Virus record (IMG/VR): IMGVR_UViG_3300025141_016052
Direction: 5' to 3' (one strand)
DNA length: 64,000 nt
Source of the DNA: an uncultured virus (IMG/VR IMGVR_UViG_3300025141_016052)
Lineage: Duplodnaviria > Heunggongvirae > Uroviricota > Caudoviricetes
The notes under the pieces were generated by a model, which worked only from the letters and a program-made list of their open reading frames with translations, did not search any database and had not been told where the DNA came from. Shown here piece after piece: positions 28,112-35,937 of the stretch; position 1 is the stretch's first letter; each line of letters starts with the position of its first letter. The translations under genes were made by a program, and so were the position numbers.

Positions 28112-29150
28112 TGATCTATGGAGAATAATCACTTCAGGAAGTCCGTTCTTTATTGCTGAAGCAGGCGTAAATCACTTAGGATCTTTAGATCTAGGTGAAA
28201 GGTTAATTAGAGAGGCAGCAGAGGCAGGTGCTCATGCAATTAAATTTCAATCATATAAGGCAAAAAATCTTTGCACAAAGAATGCACCTAGATTCTGGGA
28301 CTGGGATGGTGAGATAGAAAAGGAAGGTTCTCAGTTTGACTCCTATTCTCACTTAGACTCCTTTGGTGAGGCAGATCACGCTGAGCTTAAGAGAATGTGC
28401 GACTATTACAATATAGAATTTATGTCAACTCCTTTCGACGACGAAGCTACGGATTATCTCGATAGAGTTGGAATTAATGCATATAAGATTGCATCTTGTG
28501 ATTTGACAAATCATCCTCTCCTAAAGAATGTAGCATCTAAGGGAAAAATAGTAATGCTCTCTACAGGTGCAGGATCAATTGATGAGATAAGATCAGCTGT
28601 TAAAATACTAAGAGAGGGAACAGATAAGATTGTCGTTATGCACTGCAATCTTAAGTATCCAACAGAAGATTGTGAGATAAATCTTAGAATGATAAATCAC
28701 CTAAGTGAAGAGTTTCCAGACTGTGTCATGGGCCTTTCAGATCACACCATGAATCTTTGGACTCCTGCATTTGCATATGCACTTGGTGCAACAGTATTCG
28801 AAAAACACTACACTGTAGACAAGTCTCTTGATAAGAGTGCTGACCACTGGCTGTCAGTTGACCCACCTGAAGTAAGTCAGATTATTGAAAATATAAATCT
28901 TGCTGTAACACTCTTGGGATCAAGAGAGAAAAAGTGTACTGAAAGTGAAGAGAGAGCAAAGCTATACGCTAGAAGGAGTATAGTCTCTATTTCTGATATT
29001 AAAAAAGGAGAGATGCTTACTAATAAAAATTTAGCATGTAAGAGGCCAGGAACTGGGCTTTCTCCAACGATGCTTCATAAGATTTTAGGAAGATTTGCCA
29101 CTAGGGACATCTCAAATGATCAAATTTTAACAATGGATGATATAAAATGA
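28098..29150 (+). CDS. neuB: NeuB-family nonulosonic acid synthase with C-terminal SAF/antifreeze-like domain
   Basis: IAEAGVNH, IKFQ, STPFD, KIAS, HC..KYP, GLSDHT, EKH, DH, RRS and KRPGTG; GAGGA RBS before ATG 28098. Confidence 0.93.
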   Translation: MSQVDDLWRIITSGSPFFIAEAGVNHLGSLDLGERLIREAAEAGAHAIKFQSYKAKNLCTKNAPRFWDWDGEIEKEGSQFDSYSHLDSFGEADHAELKRMCDYYNIEFMSTPFDDEATDYLDRVGINAYKIASCDLTNHPLLKNVASKGKIVMLSTGAGSIDEIRSAVKILREGTDKIVVMHCNLKYPTEDCEINLRMINHLSEEFPDCVMGLSDHTMNLWTPAFAYALGATVFEKHYTVDKSLDKSADHWLSVDPPEVSQIIENINLAVTLLGSREKKCTESEERAKLYARRSIVSISDIKKGEMLTNKNLACKRPGTGLSPTMLHKILGRFATRDISNDQILTMDDIK

Positions 29151-29476
29151 ACTTAAAAGAGCTAACATTAAAGTATTTTAATACTTTTTCAAATAAGGAT
29201 GCAGACGGTTTAAAGGAGTTATTTTCTAAAGATATCACACTTAGAGATTGGGATCTTAATGTTGGACCCGTTGCGTACGTTCTTCACGAAAATAAAAAAA
29301 TGTTTGAGATGTTTGACACTATCAATATTGTTCCAATCAATATTGCAGAAACTGGAAATTTAACTGTATCTGAGATAGAGATCTTCATTAATAATGATGA
29401 TGCACTACGGGTTGTTGACGTCATTGAGTTTAATAGCGATGGCAAGATATGCGCAATAAGGGCGTACAAGGGATAG
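29147..29476 (+). CDS. SnoaL/NTF2-like small protein
   Basis: YFNTFSNKDADGLKELFSKD...DW...VVDVIEF..DGKI..IRAY pattern. Confidence 0.7.
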   Translation: MNLKELTLKYFNTFSNKDADGLKELFSKDITLRDWDLNVGPVAYVLHENKKMFEMFDTINIVPINIAETGNLTVSEIEIFINNDDALRVVDVIEFNSDGKICAIRAYKG

Positions 29477-29480
29477 ATTG

Positions 29481-30344
29481 ATGATAGATACAATTGGAAT
29501 AGTCGGACAGGGATTTGTTGGGGGAGCTCTAAATGAGGGAATGAAGCATGCTTTTAACATTGAGACATATGATAAGTTTGTATATGAAAAATCTACTTGT
29601 AATTCACTAGAGTCACTTATTGAAAAAGCAGATGTTATATTTGTCTGTCTTCCAACACCTATGAGAAAGGATGGATCTTGTGACCTAAGAATAGTTGAAG
29701 ATACAATTATTGAAATTGATCAAATATGTGGAGATAATGAATATCTCGGAAAGATAGCAGTAATAAAGTCAACAATACCTCCAGGTACGACACAGATGCT
29801 TAATGATAGTGTGAAATATGTTCAGGTTATTTTTAATCCAGAGTTCCTAACTGAGGCAAATGCAATTGATGATTTTAAAAATCAGACAAGAATAATCGTC
29901 GGCGGTCCGAGACCAGGATCTTCAGTCGTTAAGAATGTATTTAGAAAAGCATTTAAGCAGACTCCTATTATTAAAACAGGCTCTAATACTGCTGAGATGG
30001 TTAAGTACTTTACAAATTGCTTTCTTTCTACAAAGGTTAGCTTTTGCAATGAGATAAAGCAGATCTGTGATCCTCTTGGCATAGACTATGATAAGATTGT
30101 GGAGTATGCTTTATATGATAATCGGCTAGGAAAATCTCACTGGTCTGTCCCAGGCCCTGATGGAAGCATGGGTTTCGGAGGTCACTGTTTTCCTAAGGAT
30201 TTAAATGCCCTGATGTACGTTGCAAGGTCTTTGGGTGTTGATCCAATGGTAATGGCAGGTGTCTGGGACAAGAACCTAGAAGTTAGGACAGACGCAGCCA
30301 GGGACTGGGAAAAGATGTCTGGTCGAGCAGTCAGTGAAGACTAG
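29481..30344 (+). CDS. ugd: UDP-glucose/GDP-mannose 6-dehydrogenase family protein (short, lacks the C-terminal domain)
   Basis: GQGFVG, CLPTP, KSTIPPG, NPEFL, AEMVKY..N and GFGGHCFPKD. Confidence 0.88.
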   Translation: MIDTIGIVGQGFVGGALNEGMKHAFNIETYDKFVYEKSTCNSLESLIEKADVIFVCLPTPMRKDGSCDLRIVEDTIIEIDQICGDNEYLGKIAVIKSTIPPGTTQMLNDSVKYVQVIFNPEFLTEANAIDDFKNQTRIIVGGPRPGSSVVKNVFRKAFKQTPIIKTGSNTAEMVKYFTNCFLSTKVSFCNEIKQICDPLGIDYDKIVEYALYDNRLGKSHWSVPGPDGSMGFGGHCFPKDLNALMYVARSLGVDPMVMAGVWDKNLEVRTDAARDWEKMSGRAVSED

Positions 30345-31144
30345 AAGATATCATACGATTTGCCTTTTTCTAGAAAGACAAGCGGCCTATCGTCAATAGG
30401 TCCATCAAATGTGTATCCAAAAATTTCTAATTCTTTTTTAACTTTATTTTCAATAATTGCCCTTGTCTCATCTGTATAGAACTTCTTATAGCCCATCTTA
30501 TTTCTCCTATCAGAAGCATTTACTCTATTTTTCGGGACATCATCTATTTCACTAATTCCAAGGGCTATATCAGCAAGAAGCCGCAATCCCTCGGCAACAC
30601 GCTCAGATCTAATAACAACATCTACGCAGCAATTTCCTGATTCATCAAATATTTGATGAAATAGATTCTTTCTAGATTGTTCATATAGGATTTGATCTCT
30701 GCTGAAATCAAATAAGAACTTTTCATATCCAAAACCATTGCAGTGATTGCAGTATGTTTTATAGCTGCTATGATCTTTATTGCATTTAATAATTTGGTGT
30801 GGCGCACCAACCATTCCTGAAAAATAACAGCTCATTAAATAGTCAAATGGGTTTCTAACAGTTGCAAATTTTAGTGAACTTTTATCTATATTTCCTACTT
30901 TGCGATATCCTGAGACTGTTTGCCCTTCTTTTAGAAGCCTCACTGAGCAAGGTTTCTCACCTCTGGGCTTTATAATCGGTGGATTTGTATGAAATTGTTC
31001 ATGATTTCCATGACAGCCTATCTGAATTGGAAACTCTCTTACATACGAGCCTGCTGCCTTTGGAATGTGAATAAAGTACAGTTTTTTAAAATTTTTATCT
31101 CTAAGCTCTTGAATTCTTTTTTGGTACTCTTCGTCACTAGTCAT
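30341..31144 (-). CDS. Sulfotransferase (Sulfotransfer_2-like)
   Basis: 5'-PSB motif FIHIPKAAGS, 3'-PB motif VRNPFD..S.Y and C-terminal FGY. It is the only minus-strand gene. Confidence 0.8.
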   Translation of the reverse strand: MTSDEEYQKRIQELRDKNFKKLYFIHIPKAAGSYVREFPIQIGCHGNHEQFHTNPPIIKPRGEKPCSVRLLKEGQTVSGYRKVGNIDKSSLKFATVRNPFDYLMSCYFSGMVGAPHQIIKCNKDHSSYKTYCNHCNGFGYEKFLFDFSRDQILYEQSRKNLFHQIFDESGNCCVDVVIRSERVAEGLRLLADIALGISEIDDVPKNRVNASDRRNKMGYKKFYTDETRAIIENKVKKELEIFGYTFDGPIDDRPLVFLEKGKSYDIF

Positions 31145-31188
31145 TTGAGCCTCGTGTACTTTTCTATATTTTTAATTATAATTAAAGT

Positions 31189-32022
31189 ATGACTAAAATA
31201 AATTTTCCAACAGGAAAGCCTCACGTTTCATTTTCTGAAGTCAAGATATGGAAAGAGTGCTCCTGGCGACACAAACTCATGTATGTTGATAAGATTGACA
31301 CCTTTGAAGCTTCTCCCTATCTTGACTTTGGTACCGCAGTTCATGAAGGCTGTGAGACCCTTCTTGAGACTAGAAAGGTGGATAAGAAAAAGCTTTTTAA
31401 TGACATTACCTCTGCATGGGAAAAAAATGGATTCGACGATCCTGAGTGGGTTGAGAGACAACCTGGCTGGTACAAATATCAGCCTGTAGAAACTTGGTGC
31501 CAATGGGCAGAGAATATGTGGGATGAAGTTCCTGATTTTTTAGATTCTACTTTTCCAAACTGGGAGCCTGTCAAGGCTGAAGAATACCTCTATGAAGAAA
31601 TAGAAGGGAAGAGTGTAAAATTTAAGGGATTTATTGATGCAGTCATTAAGGTTCCAAAGAAAAGAGGCGACGGATATAACTACTGGATACTTGACTGGAA
31701 GACAGCTCAGTCCTATGGGTGGAGAAAAGAAAAAAAGCAAAGCCTACTAATGACAGCACAGCTTATTCTATATAAGCATTTTTGGTCTAGAAAGCACTCT
31801 GTTCCACTTAAAGATGTTAGATGTGGTTTTATCCTATTAAAGCGAGGCGGTAAGCCAGGTCGCATCTGTGAGCTTGTAACAGTATCTGTAGGGCCGAAGA
31901 CTCTAGAGCGCGGAGTCAAAATGATGAATAGTATGATATCATCTGTCTACAGAGGTATGTTTTTAAAAAATAGAGACTCATGCACGTACTGTCAGTTTAA
32001 AAATACAGAACATTGTACCTGA
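31189..32022 (+). CDS. PD-(D/E)XK nuclease, Cas4/AddB-like with Fe-S cysteines
   Basis: SFS...C..R, GTAVH, E, GFID, ILDWKT, QL.LY and CTYCQF....C. Confidence 0.85.
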   Translation: MTKINFPTGKPHVSFSEVKIWKECSWRHKLMYVDKIDTFEASPYLDFGTAVHEGCETLLETRKVDKKKLFNDITSAWEKNGFDDPEWVERQPGWYKYQPVETWCQWAENMWDEVPDFLDSTFPNWEPVKAEEYLYEEIEGKSVKFKGFIDAVIKVPKKRGDGYNYWILDWKTAQSYGWRKEKKQSLLMTAQLILYKHFWSRKHSVPLKDVRCGFILLKRGGKPGRICELVTVSVGPKTLERGVKMMNSMISSVYRGMFLKNRDSCTYCQFKNTEHCT

Positions 32023-32037
32023 TTTACTTTATAATAT

Positions 32038-32060
32038 CTCAGTGTTAATATTTCACTGAG
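32038..32060 (+). promoter_or_regulatory. Hairpin overlapping the RBS of 32073
   Basis: CTCAGTG-TTAATATTT-CACTGAG. The 3' arm includes most of GAGG (32058-32061). Confidence 0.45.
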
Positions 32061-32072
32061 GTTTATAACAAT

Positions 32073-33326
32073 ATGTCAGAAAAAAAGAAGGTGCTAGTGC
32101 TATCTGATCATGCACTTAGCACATCGGGTGTTGGTACACAGACAAGACACCTTATAAACGGCTTATTACAGCGCCATCCTGGAGAGTGGACCTTTAGGCA
32201 GTTTGGAGCAGCTCTAAAGCATTCAGACTATGAAACTGTTCTTGTAAATGAAGACTTTATAATCAAGCCAATTGACGGCTTTGGAGATAGAGATTTAATA
32301 AGGGTTGCGCTTGCAACTGAAAAACCAGACCTTCTTCTTATCTTTACAGATCCAAGATTCTTTATCTGGCTATTTGAGATGGAAGATGAAATTCATCAAG
32401 TATGTCCAATAGCTTGGTGGCATGTCTGGGACAATGACCCATATCCAAGCTTTAATCACGTCCTATATGAGTCTACAGATCTGATTAACTGTCATTCAAA
32501 TATGACATATGAGCTTATAAAAGACAAGATATCAAGTAAGACAAACTTTATTCCACATGCTGTCCCTAGAGAGATATTTTCTCCAATTTCAGAGTCTGAA
32601 AAAATATCCTATAAGCGACAGATATTGGGGGAGGATAGGTCAAATCACTTTGTTACAATATGGGTCAATAGAAACGCAAAAAGAAAGAGACCCGCTGATG
32701 TCCTAGAGTCCTGGAAAATATTTTTAGACAAACTAGAGAAAGAAGAAGGACACAGGAATGCAACACTTATTATGCACACAGATCCAGTGGATATGGAAGG
32801 ACCTAATTTATTTAGAAATATAGATCTGCATGGAATCGGACAAAATGTCTACTTTTCAACAGAGAGATTAGAATTTGAAAAAATGAACATCCTATACAAT
32901 ATTTCAGATGCTTGCTTGAATATTAGCTACGCTGAAGGATTTGGGCTTTCAACACTTGAAGCGATGATGACGGGTTGTCCAATAGTTGCAATTAAGACAG
33001 GCGGGCTAACTAGACAGGTAGTTGACCACCGAGACGGAACAGAGAACGGAGTCGCACTTCCTGTCGAATTTAGATCACTAGTAGGGTCTCAGCAAGTTCC
33101 GTACATATATGAGGATTATGTTACATGTGAAACGGTTGCAGATGGATTAATGAAAATTTGCACCCTATCAGAAGATGAAAGGATCAAGCTTAGAGGCAAG
33201 TGTCTAGACTATGTCAAAGAAAACTTTATGATAGATGATACAGTAGATGAATGGCATAATAGTATGTGCGATCTCATAGATACATGGCAGCAAAGCTATA
33301 AGCCTTGGGAATGTTTTACATTTTAG
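32073..33326 (+). CDS. GT4 glycosyltransferase
   Basis: TSGVG, IPHA, NRNAKRKR and EGFGLSTLEAMMTGCP. Confidence 0.9.
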   Translation: MSEKKKVLVLSDHALSTSGVGTQTRHLINGLLQRHPGEWTFRQFGAALKHSDYETVLVNEDFIIKPIDGFGDRDLIRVALATEKPDLLLIFTDPRFFIWLFEMEDEIHQVCPIAWWHVWDNDPYPSFNHVLYESTDLINCHSNMTYELIKDKISSKTNFIPHAVPREIFSPISESEKISYKRQILGEDRSNHFVTIWVNRNAKRKRPADVLESWKIFLDKLEKEEGHRNATLIMHTDPVDMEGPNLFRNIDLHGIGQNVYFSTERLEFEKMNILYNISDACLNISYAEGFGLSTLEAMMTGCPIVAIKTGGLTRQVVDHRDGTENGVALPVEFRSLVGSQQVPYIYEDYVTCETVADGLMKICTLSEDERIKLRGKCLDYVKENFMIDDTVDEWHNSMCDLIDTWQQSYKPWECFTF

Positions 33327-33337
33327 GAAAAATATAG

Positions 33338-34504
33338 ATGAAAAAAGTTATTATTAGAGCACCCCTTCTATCATATAGTGGATATGGAACTCACTCTAGA
33401 CAGATCTTTAAATGGCTTCTAACTAGAAGAGATTTTGATGTTACAGCTCAAGTGGTCCAGTGGGGAAATACGTCATGGATGATAGATTCAAACCTTGAAG
33501 ACGGACTAGTAGGCAAAATAATGAGTATGTCCAGACCGAGTTCAGGTCAAATGGATGTATCAGTTCAGGTTCAATTACCAGATGAGTGGGATCCAAATTT
33601 AGCAAAGTTTAATATTGGTGTAAGTGCATTTGTTGAAACAGACAGATGTAATCCAGAGTGGCTTAAAAGAATTGATGCAATGGATCTTGTTATAGTTCCA
33701 ACAGAGCACGTCAGAGATACAATTTTAAGAACAGGAAGTGTATCAACACCTGTAGCAGTTGTCCCAGAGTCTTACATAGAGCAAATTGATGACAACCTAG
33801 ATGCCCTTCCCATTGATTTAGATACAAGCTTTAATTTTCTAGTACTTGGCCAATTTACCGGAAGTGATCCATACAATGATAGAAAAAATCTTCTTCACAC
33901 ACTAAAGTGGCTTTTTGAGACATTTAGTGATGATCCAGATGTTGGAATAATCATAAAGACAAATCATGGAAGGGGTACAAAGATAGATAGAGAAATAACT
34001 AGACAAAAAGTGCAACAGGTTATAAGTGAAATAAGAAAAGGGCCATATCCAAAATTACATTTAATTCACGGAAATCTAACAAACTCTGAAATTGCATCAC
34101 TTTACAATCTTGAATCGTTAAGATGTCTTGTTAGCCTGACAAGGGGAGAGGGCTTTGGCCTGCCGCTTCTAGAGGCATCTGCAGCAGGAGTGCCCGTTAT
34201 AGCTACAAATTGGTCTGGTCACCTGGACTTTTTAAATTTAGGAAAATTTATACCAGTTAATTATAACTTGACTACAATTCCAAAAAATAGAGTTGATAAT
34301 AGAATATTTCTTGATGGATTTAGATGGGCAGATCCAGTTGAAGAAGACTTTAAAAAGAAAGTTAAAAAATTTAGAAATAATTATTCTAAGCCCACTGAGT
34401 GGGCTGCTGAGCTGTCCGCCAGATTAAAAGAAACATTTTCCCAGAGAGCAATCAACATGAAGTACGATGCTTTAATTGATAGTGCCTATTGGAGAAATTC
34501 TTGA
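33338..34504 (+). CDS. GT4 glycosyltransferase
   Basis: SGYG, RKN and RGEGFGLPLLEASAAGVPVIATNWSG. Confidence 0.9.
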   Translation: MKKVIIRAPLLSYSGYGTHSRQIFKWLLTRRDFDVTAQVVQWGNTSWMIDSNLEDGLVGKIMSMSRPSSGQMDVSVQVQLPDEWDPNLAKFNIGVSAFVETDRCNPEWLKRIDAMDLVIVPTEHVRDTILRTGSVSTPVAVVPESYIEQIDDNLDALPIDLDTSFNFLVLGQFTGSDPYNDRKNLLHTLKWLFETFSDDPDVGIIIKTNHGRGTKIDREITRQKVQQVISEIRKGPYPKLHLIHGNLTNSEIASLYNLESLRCLVSLTRGEGFGLPLLEASAAGVPVIATNWSGHLDFLNLGKFIPVNYNLTTIPKNRVDNRIFLDGFRWADPVEEDFKKKVKKFRNNYSKPTEWAAELSARLKETFSQRAINMKYDALIDSAYWRNS

Positions 34505-34815
34505 CCTGGTTTCTGATATCTCTATCTTCATTTTTATTTCTATTGCTATGCTTTTCTTTATATTATAACTATAAGTTTGGTGTAATACTGTTAAATCTAG
34601 AAGATGGAATAGAAAATGCACTAGATGTACTTGATGAAAAATACCTGTCTATATCAAAAATTCTTAATAGACCTGTATTTTTTGATAGTGTGGAAATTAG
34701 GCAGGTCATTAGAGATATAAAGGCTTCAAGAGAATCTGTGCTATATGTTGCAAACATTCTTGGGTCAATTGACAAGAATTCAATTGAAGTCATGGACGAA
34801 GCCGAGGAAGTCTAA
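34489..34815 (+). CDS. Small membrane-anchored hypothetical protein
   Basis: N-terminal hydrophobic stretch FLTWFLISLSSFLFLLLCFSLYY followed by helical sequence. Confidence 0.6.
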   Translation: MEKFLTWFLISLSSFLFLLLCFSLYYNYKFGVILLNLEDGIENALDVLDEKYLSISKILNRPVFFDSVEIRQVIRDIKASRESVLYVANILGSIDKNSIEVMDEAEEV

Positions 34816-35558
34816 TGAAAAAAGCAAAGAAGAAATTTATAAAAATAAGAAGAAAGAGGGGAAAGGGGCCAAGAAATTTATACTTTAATGAGAACACTCA
34901 TAACGCAATCATTAAATTTCAGGGTCTTGAATGTGATCTTGAAAAAGATAAGCTGTATGTTAAAGATATTTTTCCTGCATTTGATAAGCTTGTTGAGAAT
35001 TTAATTTTTATTCATGGATTTATGTCAACACACTCATCGTATGAAGATTTAAAGAATGACTGTGTGGTGTTTCTATATGAGACTTTAAATAAATTTGATC
35101 ACACAAGAGGCACAAAGGCATTTTCTTATTTTAATGTTGTAGCAAAAAACTGGCTCATAATAAAAAGCAAGCAACGAAGCAAGCAGATAAGAAGACAGAT
35201 AAGCCTAGATGACCCTCTTTCAATAAGCAGAAGAGACATGTCAGCAATAGAGATGTATAAGGTAGTTCCTGCTCAAGATTCTGAAATGATAAAGAGAGAG
35301 TCAATTGAGAACTTATTTTCTCTTATGAGTGAGATAAAGGAAAAGCTTTCTGGAGAGAATGAAATTGCATGCATAGATGCAATTATTACACTGTTTGAAA
35401 AGATTGATGATATTGATCTTCTTAATAAGCGAGCAATATTTGTGTATTTAAGAGATATATCAAATCTTAATCCAAAGCAACTTTCAATAGCAATGTCATC
35501 AATAAGAAAGCACTATAAATCTCTCGTAAAAAATGGCGACTTTGATATATTCTTTTAA
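34815..35558 (+). CDS. Phage late-transcription sigma factor (T4 gp55-like)
   Basis: YF...AI, then LNKFD...KAFSYFNVVAKNWL, resembling sigma region 2 and the gp55 NPFAYF motif. It lies directly before the structural genes. Confidence 0.65.
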   Translation: MKKAKKKFIKIRRKRGKGPRNLYFNENTHNAIIKFQGLECDLEKDKLYVKDIFPAFDKLVENLIFIHGFMSTHSSYEDLKNDCVVFLYETLNKFDHTRGTKAFSYFNVVAKNWLIIKSKQRSKQIRRQISLDDPLSISRRDMSAIEMYKVVPAQDSEMIKRESIENLFSLMSEIKEKLSGENEIACIDAIITLFEKIDDIDLLNKRAIFVYLRDISNLNPKQLSIAMSSIRKHYKSLVKNGDFDIFF

Positions 35559-35570
35559 AGGGGTTTAAAA

Positions 35571-35936
35571 ATGTCTAAAAAAATATCTGATCTCCAGCAG
35601 AGAATTGACAAGAAGAATAAAAAGATAGGTGACTTTGGAGACATCTTAGATGCAATTGAAAGCACAGAAGATAAAAAAAAGCTCTTGTGGAAAGAAATAT
35701 ACGAAAATGCATTAAATGATAGAGAGAATGCCTCTATACTGTTTATGGACCTAATGACACAATCGCAAGGAAGTTCAGCAAATCATGCAACATTTGGGCC
35801 AATTATGGCAAAATATCTTGAGAGAATGTCAAAATCCAACGATCAGATACTAAGGCTTGCAGAGATAATAGACAAGGCGGAGTCAAAATCAGAAATGATA
35901 AACCCTGACGATATCTTTAATGAAATAGGCGGGTGA
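35571..35936 (+). CDS. Hypothetical helical phage protein
   Basis: Clean ORF with AAGGGG RBS; KYLERMSKSNDQILRLAEI. Confidence 0.6.
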   Translation: MSKKISDLQQRIDKKNKKIGDFGDILDAIESTEDKKKLLWKEIYENALNDRENASILFMDLMTQSQGSSANHATFGPIMAKYLERMSKSNDQILRLAEIIDKAESKSEMINPDDIFNEIGG

Positions 35937-35937
35937 T

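Noticed and set aside
398..30344. Ordinary bacterial capsule or O-antigen locus
   Set aside because: No Wzx, Wzy, Wzz, ABC transporter or initiating phosphoglycosyl transferase is present, and the flanks are phage structural and late-transcription genes.
31189..32022. CRISPR-Cas system
   Set aside because: Only a solo Cas4-like nuclease; I saw no repeat-spacer array or other cas genes.
32073..34504. DNA glucosyltransferases for base hypermodification
   Set aside because: No hydroxymethylase or other DNA-modification genes are nearby and the motifs are generic GT4. A DNA acceptor cannot be ruled out but has no support here.
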